Counted from the stretch's first letter, positions 27,411-41,262 are shown. The stretch is DNA of 64,000 bases from Eledone cirrhosa (GCA_964016885.1 OZ024741.1:171182001-171246000), one strand, 5' to 3'. Notes: a model not told the origin generated them from the letters alone. Translations and numbers: made by a program.

Positions 27411-27806
27411 GTGTTTGTACCAGAGTTTTCAAGTCACACTCGTTCAGTGCATCGGTAGGGGTTCTCCTACATGGATATAAATTAGTGGCTGTACACGAAA
27501 ACGAGTTGGCAGCCACCATGTCTGTATGTATGTATTTATGTATATACAAACAACCTATGCTGTTACTGACATTGGTTTTTATATATAGTGTTTAGATGTT
27601 GTATTTCATTCGTGGTATGTGTGATATTTGGTTTCTATTTCTGACATATTTTGAATTACGTACAATCTACTTTGGGTTCAGCAGCCTATTAGGCTGTTTG
27701 ATTGGTCAGTTATTATTGCTAGGTCATTACACCTACAATGATTTGACAAACACACAACTATGCACGCAGTCCCTCACACATACACACTCATACACACACA
27801 AACATT

Positions 27807-27926
<120 letters not shown>

Positions 27927-28054
27927 CATATACATATTATATATATATATATAATAGGTATATGTATATATATATGTGTATATATATATATACATATACA
28001 TATACATAAATATATATATAATATATATATATATATGTATATATATATACATAC

Positions 28055-28148
<94 letters not shown>

Positions 28149-28334
28149 GATCGAGTATCGAAAAATCGGCGCACGAGTTCACGATAAACAAGATTCGAAA
28201 TGAACGGCAGAGGGCTCAATAATTCAGATGAATCAGAGCTATAACTATCGTTATATATACAGTATATATATATCGTTATACTTGGGCAGAGTCACATTGC
28301 CAGAAATATATATACATTTATGAATATATATACG

Positions 28335-28379
<45 letters not shown>

Positions 28380-28905
28380 CAGATTAAAGTTTAATCAACG
28401 TATCGCTGCTTTTACCCTTTTACAGAATCTTCTTATATATATATAATGAAACGGCGGTATCGATTAGGACGGCACAGCTTCGGTCGTTTTCCCACACACT
28501 CAATAATTTGACTGAGTCAGTATCATTAAAACACCAACCCCAAAAAATTAGAGTGGACACTTATACCTTAAATAGTGAGAAAAACGATTTTGTGATGGTA
28601 GAAATGTATCACCGATTAGCAACAAATCAATAGTATTCAGTATGTTATTATTTTAGATTTTGCATGAATACGAGCATTAAAGATACAGCTTAAAATCATT
28701 AAAGTATGTTACTGACCCCGAATTATAGGAAGGTGGGTTTAACGAATTCATGCTCTGCGACTTTAACTGTCATTGACTGTAAGTATTTTAGCCCATCTGA
28801 ATACATCGGTATGCATAGAGCTTCACGCACGTTATATTTATATATTAATAGGTTGACCACATCATATATATGTATGTATGCGTGTATGTATATGTATATA
28901 TATAT

Positions 28906-28978
<73 letters not shown>

Positions 28979-28980
28979 TA

Positions 28981-29076
28981 TAGAAGAGCTTCTACAGGAT
29001 AGAACTGTTTGATTCGTGAGAAATCATCAGGATTTCTCAAGAATGAAACACTTCTAGTCCTGTAGAAGCTCTTCTA
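28981..29076. repeat. Fold-back palindrome centred on a hammerhead core
   Basis: TAGAAGAGCTTCTACAGGA...GAGAAATC / GATTTCTC...TCCTGTAGAAGCTCTTCTA; centre TCATCAG (CTGATGA on minus strand). Confidence 0.8.
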
Positions 29077-29129
29077 CTTTAAAACATTTATACTCTGCTA
29101 TGTATTGAGTAACTTACTGGTTAGCCAGG

Positions 29130-29197
<68 letters not shown>

Positions 29198-29201
<4 letters not shown>

Positions 29202-29545
29202 CAAAAATTTAAATTATGAAGACCAATACAATCCATATTGAGTATGTTAAATTGCCAAAATAACAAAAGAATCTTACCTTGGAAAATTTAACGATCCCAA
29301 ATATTTTCGGATTTAAAACCCATTATCAAGAGAGTAACCCTATAAGAGACTTAAAAATCGATCGAATAGACATGCTTGTATGGGAGCAGATTTAATCTGG
29401 TCCAATAGGCTTACTCCTTTGATAATGGTTTTTAAACCATTTTTTGGATCGTTACATTTGCTAATGTAAGATTCTTTTGTTATCTTGGAAATTTAACATT
29501 CTCCATAAGCATTGTGTTGGTTTTCCTAATTTAAATGTGTGTTTC
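29198..29545. repeat. Diverged fold-back element with a U3-A8 hammerhead (29295-29333, minus)
   Basis: Arms ATAACAAAAGAATCTTAC / GTAAGATTCTTTTGTTAT; minus strand TCTC-TTGATAA-TGG..CC-GAAA-ATAT-TT-GGGA. Confidence 0.7.
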
Positions 29546-29724
29546 CTATTAAACAATGCTTCAAGCAAGCTACAAAATTCTATTATACATACACACACAC
29601 ACACATATATATATATACATATATATAGTGGTGGAACACTGGAAGGTAATATCCGTAGTGGTAGAGCACTCAGTCCATGGGACGTGTTAGGTAGAAGTGG
29701 TTACACAACAGGTAGTTCACCATA

Positions 29725-29764
29725 CCGAGAACAATTGTTTCACCTTAGCGGATCCTCAGCTCGG
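29725..29764 (-). ncRNA. Minimal type I hammerhead in the inverted PLE terminus
   Basis: CCGAG-CTGAGGA-T-CC-GCTAA-GG-T-GAAA-CAATTG-TT-CTCGG. Confidence 0.8.
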
Positions 29765-30017
29765 AATGGGCATGGTTATAGGAACAGGAAGGACAACCGT
29801 ACGAACGCGCATGCGCAGAAACCCGGTCACTTCACACAGGCAATACTAGACTGCGTGCGAGAGGTGTAAGGGAGATAACTGCGAAAGTCCGAAAAGTTTT
29901 TAGGTTGAAAATAAAATTTCAAAGAATCAGTCCGGAGCCTTGTAGTTATGCATTAGGTGTTTGGAGACGTGTGGACAACGTGTGAAAAATTCACTTCTCG
30001 TGTTTAGGCAATAACTA

Positions 30018-30911
30018 TTGCGTAATCTCTTAATTAAGTGGTTTTACTCCTTAAAATTCAAAAAAGCGAAGTTCACACATTTTGATATTGTCGAATTTTA
30101 CCTGTCGATATCAGAGACCCTGTTAAACAAAGCGTTAGACTTCGCTACCACTTATACCACCGTCGATGGTTTAGACAGGGAAATCATCGCTCACTGTCGG
30201 AAAACCCTCCTCTTCAACGACGGAGTAACCTGGGCAAAGAAGTCTACAACTTCAGACCTATTCGACGTCTCCATGGGATCGTTTGACAGTGCTGACGTAT
30301 GTGACTTGGTTGGCCTATTTATCTTAGACATATTACGTGTTAGATTCCCGGACTTCCACATGGGAACATACCGCGACGATGGACTGACTTTATCGAGCCA
30401 TAAATGTGGTCACGACCTCGACCGGTTTAAAAAAGACTTAGCATCTACCTTCAATGAGTTAGGACTTGGGATAACAGTAGCCACCAACCTCTCTAGCGTA
30501 GATTTCTTAGACATTAATTTAGACCTTCGCACACACAACCACAGACACTTCCATAAGCTAAACAAGAAACTCAATTACATTCACAAGGACTCGTGCCACC
30601 CTCCCACTGTTTTTAGAAACTTCGTTACGAATATCAGTCCTAGAATCTCAAACCTCTCCTCTAATAAGGCTATCTTTGACAGAGCGGCACCCTACTATAA
30701 CACGGCGTTGTCTAACAGCGGCTTCTCACCACCTATCACTTACTCTCCCACTAGCAACAACACAATTAAGAAAAGTAAGCGCAACAATAGACAAACTATC
30801 TGGTTCTCTCCTCCCTTCTCATTCAACGTTAAAACCAATGTAGGAAAACAATGTCTAGCTCTCTTAGATAGAGACTTTCCCATAGGTCATAAATACCGAT
30901 CCATATTTTAA
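30018..30911 (+). pseudogene. Penelope-type reverse transcriptase (truncated)
   Basis: FDIVEFYLSI, FDVSMGSFDSADVCDLVG, YRDDGL, VDFLDINLDL, YIHKDSCHPP, IWFSPPFS. Confidence 0.9.
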
Positions 30912-30945
30912 CCGACATAAAGTTAAACTAGGATACTCCTGCGCT

Positions 30946-31335
30946 ATGAACATGAAGGCCCACATCACGAGCAGCCCTAGGAGCAACACCCCACCAGGGT
31001 GCTCTTGCCGTAAGCCTGAAGCTTTCCCCATTCAACAGCAATGCAATACACCAGCTGTAATTTATGAAGCTGTGGTCACTTCCAACCGACCAAACGAACC
31101 ACAGGAGGTCACTTCCTATGTGGGCATGGCGGAGGGCCGATTTAAGGAACGTTTCCTGAACCACCAGTCTACCTTCAGGTACCCGGACAGACGTTCACCC
31201 ACGAAACTCGTGAGCCTCGTATGGTCCCTCAAGGATTCACGTATAGATTACTCCATTCAATGGAAAGCCATCACTAAGTCCAAACCATACGCAAGGGGAA
31301 ATCCGACGTGTATTGACGAACGATTCCTATTCTAA
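30946..31335 (+). pseudogene. PLE GIY-YIG endonuclease (frameshifted from the RT)
   Basis: CSC....PIQQQC...VIYEA...SYVGMAEGRFKERFLNHQSTF..LVWSLK. Confidence 0.85.
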
Positions 31336-31584
31336 AGAGATTACGCAATAGTGATTACCTAAACACGAGAAATGAATTTTTCACACGTTGTCCACACGTC
31401 GCCAGACACCTATTACATAACTACAAGGCTCCGGACTGATTCTTTGTAATTTTATTTTCAACCTAAAAACTTTTCGGACTTTCGCAGTTATCTCCCTTAC
31501 ACCTCTCGCACGCAGTCTGTGTGAAGTGACCGGGTTTCTGCGCATGCGCGTTCGTACGGTTGTACTTCCTGTTCCATACCCATT

Positions 31585-31624
31585 CCGAGCTGAGGATCCG
31601 CTAAGGTGAAACAATTGTTCCCGG
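31585..31624 (+). ncRNA. Minimal type I hammerhead in the PLE 3' terminus
   Basis: CCGAG-CTGAGGA-TCCGCTAAGGT-GAAA-CAATTG-TT-CCCGG; one stem I mismatch. Confidence 0.75.
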
Positions 31625-31653
31625 TATGGTGAACTAACTGTTGTGTAACCACT

Positions 31654-31837
<184 letters not shown>

Positions 31838-31882
31838 GAAAGAGAGAGAGAGGGGGAGAGGGGAGGGGTAAAGAGAGAGAGA

Positions 31883-32030
31883 GATTTACAAAATGATTAT
31901 TTAAACCATCACACTCCAGAACAGTGGGAATAACATTTATTACATAACACTGTCTAGAGTGTTATGCAATACATGTTATTCCATCTCTTCTGGAGTGTGA
32001 TGTTTTAAAAAATAATTATGTAAATTTCTA
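31883..32030. repeat. Fold-back palindrome
   Basis: CATCACACTCCAGAA..GGAATAACAT..CATAACACT / AGTGTTATG..ATGTTATTCC..TTCTGGAGTGTGATG; centre ~31954. Confidence 0.8.
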
Positions 32031-32221
32031 TATATACTCCGTAAATTGTTACATTTTAAACCTATAGTGGAATTACCACAGGACTTACCAACTGATATAA
32101 TTCGACCGTTGTGTAAAACATTACAGTAAACGGCTTCAGATTCTTGTTACATAATCAAATTAATTGATTACACTAACGTAAGCTGAATAATACTATAATT
32201 CTCTCTGTCTGTCTCTCTTTC

Positions 32222-32261
<40 letters not shown>

Positions 32262-32288
32262 TCTCTCTCTCACTCTCTCTCTCTCTCA

Positions 32289-32321
<33 letters not shown>

Positions 32322-32390
32322 GGATAGTGAATTTCCAACCGATAAGGTATGATTTTCACGGGTATGTCTCTATTTATAAAACAAACTTTG

Positions 32391-32445
32391 TATTTTATCT
32401 GATGAAAGCGTACCAATGTTGTCTTGAAATATATATAATAAAATA
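32391..32445 (+). ncRNA. Type I hammerhead (family D)
   Basis: TATTTTAT-CTGATGA-AAG..CTT-GAAA-TATATA-TA-ATAAAATA; 8-bp stem I; downstream tail shared with 1-90 and 37100-37200. Confidence 0.75.
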
Positions 32446-33063
32446 AATATGGTTTCATAAATATAGTTTCCATTTATTTAATATCATTGAATATATACTC
32501 CAGTAACATGTTGAGTGCTCTAAATCAGTTATAAACATTTATATTTATCGGACTTCCAACAAATTAAATACCCCTTCTACTTATATATATATATATATAT
32601 ATATATAAACATAAATTATCGAGATTCGCATTTCGGCCCACGAAATAACGAAAAACAACCTCCGAGATGTGTGGCAAGTGCTCAATGATTCAGATGAACC
32701 AGAGCTATAACAAACGTTAAAGGCCAAACATACTGAGACGATGGTTAAACAATCATTCGCATAGCCCCCCAAAAAAACGATCAAGTAATTCGGGTATTGA
32801 AAAATTTACCCGACCCCTGGAAGGTTGGTAAAATCCAGTATTTGGGTTTCTGCGGCTCCTAAATCAAGTACCATCCGCTTACATAAATAATGTCAGGCTT
32901 CTGGTAAGATGATTGAACAAGGAATCCACTTTCTCAACAGGTTTTAGTTCAATGTTAATACAAGGACTGACTATTGCTGACTCCACGTGGGGATCGGCAA
33001 GGGAGGCAGCCCCTATATCAGGCGAATAAATTCAGTTGTGTATATTTTTGCAAGAATGAAAAA

Positions 33064-33160
<97 letters not shown>

Positions 33161-33756
33161 AATTAAACAGGTACCGCTTAGTGAATTAACCGATGAATGG
33201 GTTATAGTTATATAGATAATAATAAACTGAAGTGAAACACAACTGGAGTTATTATATTGTTTGTTATTTTTTCCACCCTATGACGGTCGAGACGTTTTGT
33301 GAAGTTGGGTTGCTGACAGCGAAGTTCTTGTCATCACAACGAAAAGGAGCCAGGATCCTTTTTCAGTGAGAAACAATAAAAGGAAAGAGAAAATACTTAC
33401 ACGTATGTGTTAAATGATAGTCAGCTTTGTCTTTAAACCTGTAGTTGAGGAGACATCTGGCTTTCTTGATACAGGACCAGCTCTTTATTCACAGCTATAG
33501 GTGGGGAGCTGGACACCCGTAGGTTTGTGCTCCGTAAACTGGAATGGCTATTTAAACCCAGCTCCTTCGTCATCTTCTGTGGCAAATCTTTCTTAATTCT
33601 CTCCACGAGGACCTCGAAGCTGGTCGTACCTTGACTCTCTCACATCGTCCGGGCCTCGTAATCATTGAGGTAACAATGTTTGAATAGTCTCCCTCTCTCT
33701 CTCTCTATATATATATATATCTTTCTCTCTCTCTCTCTTTCTCTCTCTCTCTCCTT

Positions 33757-33857
<101 letters not shown>

Positions 33858-33859
33858 AT

Positions 33860-33900
<41 letters not shown>

Positions 33901-33929
33901 ATATATGATATATGTGTGTGTGTATACAT

Positions 33930-33967
<38 letters not shown>

Positions 33968-34002
33968 ATAATAAAATGTGGAGAGGTAGCACACGAGTTA
34001 GG

Positions 34003-34416
<414 letters not shown>

Positions 34417-34439
34417 CATGCATATATATATATGTATAA

Positions 34440-35173
34440 ATGAAAATAGATCCAGAGACAGGAATGTCCATCATCAGTAGCCTGCTGATTATCATTGGTA
34501 TTTCTTCGCATTAAAGACTACATACCTAAAATCAGTGCGAGCGATAACTAAATTAAGTTATCGGGACAGAGGAAAGTAACAAACAACATGGTAGTAATGC
34601 AACGTAAAGAGAGGAAAAGAGAGACAAGTCAATGAATCTTGTGGGCTTAGGTCCGACAAATCAAATGACGAGAAGAAGCAGACGCGTCCGAGCCACGTGA
34701 GAAAGAGGGTAGCAGTAAGGTGCTATCCTCTTTCTCTCTCCCCCTTCTCTTTCCTTTACCTCTTGCTTTCCTCCACCCCCGCTGCTGGTCACACACTCTC
34801 GGCTGGCCCCTTCCTCACACTTTCACTCATCACTCTCTGCTACTCCTCCTCTCTCACTTCCTCCCGTCTGACCTACGTGAAATTCTTTCTTCTCTCACTT
34901 TTCTCGTGGCTCTGACCCGTCTGCTTCTTCTCGTCATTTGATTTGTCGGACTTAAGCCCACAGGATTCATTGACTTGTTTCTCTATTCCTCTCTTTACGC
35001 TGCGTTACTACCGTGTTGTTTGTTTCCTTTCTTCTGTTTCCCACTGTCCTGATAACTTAATTTAGTTATCGCTCGCACTGATTTTAGGTATGTAGTCTTT
35101 AATGCGAAGAAATACCAATGATAATCACCAGACTACTGATGATGGATACTGATGTCACTCGGTCTATTTTCAT
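34440..35173. repeat. TA-flanked inverted repeat (~265-nt arms, pyrimidine-rich spacer) with truncated hammerhead cores
   Basis: 34440-34703 is the reverse complement of ~34900-35173; TCATCAG at 34471 and CTGATGA at 35136; GAAA missing. Confidence 0.85.
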
Positions 35174-35415
35174 TCATATGTTCATATTCGCAACAACGCA
35201 GCACCCCATTTTTCATTCATATATGTATATATATATATATATATTGTTATACTTTGGGAGGGTCATGTTGCCAATAAGAAACACACGCACCAGTTGCTTT
35301 CACTTCAATTTATTATATATTTATAAATTTATAAATTTACAAATCTACAAACTTACAAATTATAAATTTCTGGTTGGTTGGTTGGTTCCACAACCAGATA
35401 GTTTTTTATATATAT

Positions 35416-35460
35416 AGTCATAGTCCTTTCGTCACACACTCTGTGACCTCTTCAGTGACT
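35416..35460 (-). ncRNA. Minimal type I hammerhead
   Basis: AGTCA-CTGAAGA-G-GTCAC-AGAGTGT-GTGAC-GAAA-GGAC-TA-TGACT. Confidence 0.8.
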
Positions 35461-36120
35461 GGGGATTCCTTTCTTCGTTTCTGTGCCTTTTCTTTCTTCT
35501 ATCCTACGCCATTTTGTTTCTGTGTGTGTGTTGTGTGCTCAGTTTGCGCATGTGCCACATCCGGGTGTCTGTGTGTGTTTGTGTTCATTTTTCTATTTGT
35601 TTATTTATTTATTGTTGGTTGGTTGTTTGTTCTATGTGTGTGTGTGTTTTCATTTTGTCCTGTGTGTGTTTTCATTTTGTGTGTGTTTTCAATTGTAAGT
35701 TGTTTGTTCTATGTGTGTGTGTGTTTTCATTTTGTCCTTAATTGTAAGTTGTGATGTTGCTGTTCCACTCATATTTTCTATTTAATTTTGGTTTTAATTC
35801 TTTTATGCTTACTGCCTCTGTAATTTGCCTAAACATTGCGTCTTTTCTGTGCGTGGATTCTATTTTATTTCTATGCTCTCTAATCTACCCATGTGTTCTA
35901 TCTTAGCATGTTGGTAGAGCACAGATGATTCTTTATTATCTTGGAGGTCTCGCCAGTGTTCATTTATTCGTACCCCTATACTACGAGCTGTCTCACCTAT
36001 GTACACTATATTTTTGTTTCTACATTGTCCTTCAGTACATCTTATGCTATACACTACATTTCTAGTTTTACAGTTAATATGGGGGCTTATTGTTAATATG
36101 GGGGCTTATTTTACAGGTTA

Positions 36121-36471
36121 AGCCCCCATATTAACTGTAAAACTAGAAATGTAGTGTATAGCATAAGATGTACTGAAGGACAATGTAGAAACAAAAATAT
36201 AGTGTACATAGGTGAGACAGCTCGTAGTACAGGGGAACGAATAAATGAACACTGGCGAGACCTCCAAGATAATAAAGAATCATCTGTGCTCTACCAACAT
36301 GCTAAGATAGAACACAGGGGTAGATTAGAGAGCATAGAAATAAAAATAGAATCCACGCATAGAAAAGACGCAATGTTTAGGCAAATTGCAGAGGCAGTAA
36401 GCATAAAAGAATTAAAACCAAAATTAAATAGAAAATATGAGTGGAACAGCAACATCACAACTTACAATTAA
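36121..36471 (+). pseudogene. PLE GIY-YIG endonuclease C-terminal fragment; mirror copy on minus strand with a premature stop near 35860
   Basis: CKTRNVVYSIRC..C..VYIGETARSTGERINEH..LYQH..RQIAEAVSI..KPKLNRK. Confidence 0.88.
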
Positions 36472-36742
36472 GGACAAAATGAAAACACACACACACATAG
36501 AACAAACAACTTACAATTGAAAACACACACAAAATGAAAACACACACAGGACAAAATGAAAACACACACACACATAGAACAAACAACCAACCAACAATAA
36601 ATAAATAAACAAATAGAAAAATGAACACAAACACACACAGACACCCGGATGTGGCATATGCGCAAACTGAGCACACAACACACACACAGAATGGCGTAGG
36701 ATAGAAGAAAGAAAAGGCACAGAAACGAAGAAAGGAATCCCC

Positions 36743-36787
36743 AGTCACTGAAGAGGTCACAGAGTGTGTGACGAAAGGACTATGACT
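36743..36787 (+). ncRNA. Minimal type I hammerhead
   Basis: Identical mirror of 35416-35460. Confidence 0.8.
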
Positions 36788-37016
36788 ATATATATAAACA
36801 ACTATCTGGTTGTGGAACCAACCAACCAACCAGAAATTTATAATTTGTAAGTTTGTAGATTTGTAAATTTATAAATTTATAAATATATAATAAATTGAAG
36901 TGAAAGCAACTGGTGCGTGTGTTTCTTATTGGCAACATGACCCTCCCAAAGTATAACAATATCGGTTTCAACACACGATTTCAGATAAAGAATCTTGCTA
37001 AACAAATTCAGAAACG

Positions 37017-37078
<62 letters not shown>

Positions 37079-37201
37079 CCAAAGATGTTTCGTTGATTAC
37101 TCAACGAATACAATTTTACAATAGATTAGAAGCACCCAACAAAGTTTTTAATATTATTCAAAATGTTAACAAATGAAAAATATTCTCATAATCAAAATAT
37201 A

Positions 37202-37265
37202 TACTTTATTATATATATTTCAAAGGTACTGTGTTTTTTTCAGTACGCTCTCATCAGACAAAATA
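37202..37265 (-). ncRNA. Type I hammerhead (family D)
   Basis: TATTTTGT-CTGATGA-GAG-C-GTACTG..CAGTAC-CTT-T-GAAA-TATATA-TA-ATAAAGTA. Confidence 0.78.
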
Positions 37266-37314
37266 TATGATTTGATATATGACATACCGCTACGGTCTTG
37301 ATTATTCAATTCCA

Positions 37315-37352
<38 letters not shown>

Positions 37353-37451
37353 AATTTGAATTCTATTTCCCGCAAATGAGGCTAACCAGCTAATGTGTAG
37401 TTAAGAAACTACTATATATTTTCAAACGTTCAACAGACTGGCAGAGGTATA

Positions 37452-37492
37452 CAGTCCTGATGAAGGATAATGACCGAGAAACATGTTGATTG
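37452..37492 (+). ncRNA. Minimal type I hammerhead in a divergent family A relative (37350-37705)
   Basis: CAGTC-CTGATGA-AGG..CCGA-GAAA-CATG-TT-GATTG; flanks align with family A. Confidence 0.72.
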
Positions 37493-37703
37493 TTCCTGAA
37501 AGCCAGTGTTGAACGAACAAGTGACGATCGGTCACCGGCACGTCACAGCTTTAAATCGGGCCGTTTGTTTACAAACGAATGTAACAGTATTATTAGTGTT
37601 CGATATAACCCATACGTACATATGTATATGTATATGTATATATATATATGTATGTGTTTGTATTATGTCTATATATATATGTGTGTGTGTACGTGTACAT
37701 ACT

Positions 37704-37740
<37 letters not shown>

Positions 37741-37744
<4 letters not shown>

Positions 37745-38320
37745 GGAAAAAATGAAACGAAAGTTCATTTCCCACTCTTAGTACGGTTGTTACTTAAATA
37801 TACGTATGTACACGTACATACATATATGTATACAGACGTACAGTAGTATGTATATATATATATATACATACATGCACACATATATATATGTACGTATGGA
37901 TTCACCGAACATTTATTATAATGCTCGGTGTGTTTGTAAACAAACATCCCGTATTAAGCCGTAGTGTCTAGCAACCATCGTTGCTCGTTTGTTCAACACT
38001 GACAAAGGAACGCTGTACTAGTTTCAAGCTTATTAGCTATCGTCAGCAACGTATACCTTGCTGCCAGATTGTTGAACGTATATACTTACCTTATGCATAT
38101 TAATGGCTGAGTAGCCCAATTTGCATATCGAGTGGGTTAATCGGCCGAGTGCACCAAAAACGATAAACGGAAAAAATAAAACGAAATTTCATTTCCCACT
38201 CTTAGTACGGCTGTTACTTAAATATAAGTATGTACACGTACATACATATATGTATACAGACGTACAGTAGTATGTATATATATATACATACATGCACACA
38301 TATATATATGTACGTTTCAT
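37741..38320 (-). mobile_element. Family A hammerhead repeat, ~1.35 tandem units (period 424); hammerhead at 38011-38051
   Basis: CCCACTCTTAGTACGG at 37771 and 38195; hammerhead identical to 4443-4483. Confidence 0.85.
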
Positions 38321-38371
38321 TTTTTCCGTGTAGGATGGATGCAGTTATCGGCCCTTAATGATGAACATCAC

Positions 38372-38640
38372 TCAACCACTTCTCTTTAACCGAGAAAGAG
38401 AGGGAATTTGTTGTATGGTTGTTATAGCAAAAGAGGTCATGTGGCAAACAAGATTGAAAAGTATGGAGCAGCCACGTTTCATTTTGATCAAGTTCTTATA
38501 AATATTTTCTAAGTTCCATTTGAATAGAGAGTGGAGAGTGAGGTAGTCATCTCCGATGGATTTTATAAAGGATGGGTGGCTGTCACGAAAATGACAAGAG
38601 TGAATTAGTTCAAATCTCAGCATGAGCCTGTAGCTCGAAG
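38372..38640 (-). pseudogene. Possible relic of a non-LTR RT
   Basis: KRGCSILFNLV resembles the QGCxLSPxLFNL motif; very degraded. Confidence 0.35.
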
Positions 38641-38832
38641 AAGGAAATTCAGAAGAGCGCACTCACCTGTGGTAATCAGGGTAAAAAAGGACTAGTGAGG
38701 ATCTCTAATCGTTCCTATTAGGAGCTTCTCTTGTATGAGAAGGGTTTTATCATCATCATCATCAGAATCATATTTAATGTTATTGTTTTGTTTTTGTTTT
38801 TGTTAACGAGTTTGCGTCTCGTCATTTTACAA

Positions 38833-38847
38833 TTACTACTACTAATA

Positions 38848-38879
<32 letters not shown>

Positions 38880-38890
38880 ACTACTACTAC

Positions 38891-38961
<71 letters not shown>

Positions 38962-38982
38962 ATACTACTATTACTACTACTA
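38833..38982. repeat. (CTA)n/(CTG)n trinucleotide microsatellite
   Basis: Direct observation. Confidence 0.95.
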
Positions 38983-39279
38983 CCAAAGCCATTACTGTTA
39001 CATCAAACGGTTAAGTTATTCAAAAGAGAATTTATGCAGTCAAAATGCGGTTAAATTTGTAGCAAGTGTAAGAGAAGACCAGCAGGTGACAATATGAAAT
39101 GACAATTCATTAAATAACATGAAAGGGATTTTGCAATTAGTATAGATATAAATAGAAACAGCCAACCATAAAATAAAATCGTTGACAACCAGGTTTACTG
39201 TTTCAAAATTGCACTAGATTAATTTTTTATATTTTATTTTTACTTTATTATGATCATTAATATGATTATTATTTCTATA

Positions 39280-41262
39280 AGGGCCGCGGATTGGCAGTCT
39301 CGGTAAAGCATCAGACACCATGCTTTATGGCATAAAGTTGTGGCCCTTTACAATTTGAGCTCAAATCCCGCCGAGTTTAGCTTCGGCTTTCATCCATTCG
39401 GAGTCGATAAAATAAAGCACCAGTAATGCACTGGGTCGATTTAATATACCCACCCCCCAAATTACTGGCCTTGCGCTTATACTAGAAATCATTAACCATA
39501 GAGATACGTCCCTTTACGATCTGAGTTCAAATCCCGCCGAGGTTAACTTTGCATTTCATCCATACGAGGTCGATAAAATAAAGTACCAGTAATGTACTGA
39601 TATTTGCTGGCCTTGTGCCAAAAGTAGAAACAATTATTATTATTATTATCATAGGGCGGTGGATTAGCAGTATCGGTAGAAGGTTAGACGCCATGCTTTG
39701 CAGCATAGAGTTACGGCCCTTTATGATCTGAGTTCAAGTTACGCCGAGGTTAACTTTGCCTTTCATCCTTACGGGGTCGATAAAATAAAGTACCAGTTAT
39801 GTACTAGGATAATTGCTGGCCTTGTGCCAAAAGTAGAAACAACTATTATTATCATAACTTCATCACCTTTTTTAATTTGCACTTGGAAAGGAAGTTGAGG
39901 GTAGAGGGAGAAGTGCTACCCTCACTACATTTCCTAAAAGATGGGTGAGTGTGGCGAGAATGGTCCGTGTGAATGGGCCTACTCTGAGCATACGCCTATA
40001 CGCTGGTTAATTTGAGGAGGAGAGGGGTGTCTTTCCCGGATGCCCTCGAAACGTCGGGGGGGTAAGGATTGGTGGATATCTGAGTCACTCCTGGGTGGTT
40101 CGCACCCCTATTGGGGAATATTTTGTTATATTTTTATATAATTTTATATATTCTCATTGTTAATTGTTTTTGTTATAGTGTATTTTTACTCGTTTTTATT
40201 GTAAACACCTATTGTCCCTTTCTTTGTATTGTCCCCTATATGTCGGCCCTAAATGAAACAATTATTATTAGATGGGTGATAGTGGCGGCCTGCTCTGAGT
40301 ATGCGCCTGTAGACTGAGAAATGGGAGACCTGAAAGAGTGCACTTGCGCTGGTGGTCAGGGTGGCCGTGGTCTTTTGTGTGGTTTTCGTCATGAGAGACC
40401 TTCGGATGTTCCCCCTATTGGGGACTTTTTGTTTCAATTTTTTCATTTGTTTATACACATTTCTATTTTCTTGTTATAATCTTTTTACACGGTCCAAACC
40501 CACTTTGATCGTTCTGTACCGTTCTGTGCCGTCTGCATTGCTTCATGTTAGCCCTTGTGGCCAATAAAGAAACCATTATTATTATTTGCACGAGTGACCC
40601 ACGAACATCACCTAAATATTGAGGCATCCGCTTTATTTTAATTTTTATTGCTATATTTCTTTTTTAACATTGTTAAATTTGATAACACGCAAAACACACA
40701 CACCATCACACACATACATGCATTCACACACTCTGAGTTTTTAACCTGTGCCTTCTTAATGTTTTTCTTGATGTAAATCCTTTATGGTTAATAAAGAAAT
40801 CATTATTATCGCTAGAATGGCGGTGGATTCGTGGTATCGGTAGAAGGTCGGACACCAAGCTTTGACACATAGAGTTACGGCCCTTGCCAATCTGAGTTCA
40901 AATCCCACCGAGGTTAGCATTGCCTTTGATCCTAACGGGGGCGATAAAATAAAGCACCAGTAATGCACTGGGGTCGATTTAATCGACTTTCACCTCCCCA
41001 AAATTGCTGGCCTTGTGCCTATAGTAGAAATAATTATTATTGCTAGATTGGCAGTTTCACTAGAGCGTAAGACAACTTGCTTTCAGCATAGAGTCATGGC
41101 CCTTTACTTTCTGAGTTCAAATCCCGCCGAGATTACCTTTGACATTTATCCTTACGGGGTCGAAAAAATAAAGTACCAGTAATACACTGGTGTCGATTTA
41201 ATCGACTTTCCCTTTCCCCAAAATTGTTGGCCTTCTGCCTAAACTAGAAACAATTATTGTTA
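39280..41262 (+). mobile_element. Same-orientation array of five tRNA SINE copies plus two LINE 3' ends, mostly joined through (ATT)n tails
   Basis: SINE copies at ~39280, 39500, 39652, 40815 and 41045, each with B box and core. Confidence 0.85.
39860..40586 (+). mobile_element. Two tandem 3' ends of a probable L1/Tx1-type LINE
   Basis: HLERKLRVEGEVLPSLHFL(fs)RWVSVARMVRVNGPTLSIRL resembles a Tx1-like ORF2 end; GGCCT(A/G)CTCTGAG(C/T)AT(A/G)CGCCT occurs twice; tails GAAAC(A/C)ATTATT. Confidence 0.5.

Larger units (their letters stand above)
35241..37020. mobile_element. Large fold-back of a PLE 3' end (~850-nt near-identical arms, 35241-36089 / 36119-36962)
   Basis: Mirror GIY-YIG ORFs and mirror hammerheads; (TA)n on both flanks. 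Confidence 0.92.

Noticed and set aside
35241-36962. DNA transposon with long TIRs, or an assembly artefact
   Set aside because: Arms encode a retroelement endonuclease and ribozyme, there is no transposase, and the arms differ by substitutions and indels; long-read confirmation is still advisable
38731-39054. Poly-Leu 'membrane protein' ORF
   Set aside because: (CTA/CTG)n microsatellite
39280-41262. tRNA genes or a CRISPR-like array
   Set aside because: A/B boxes run into a SINE body with no cloverleaf; repeats are SINE copies without unique fixed-length spacers
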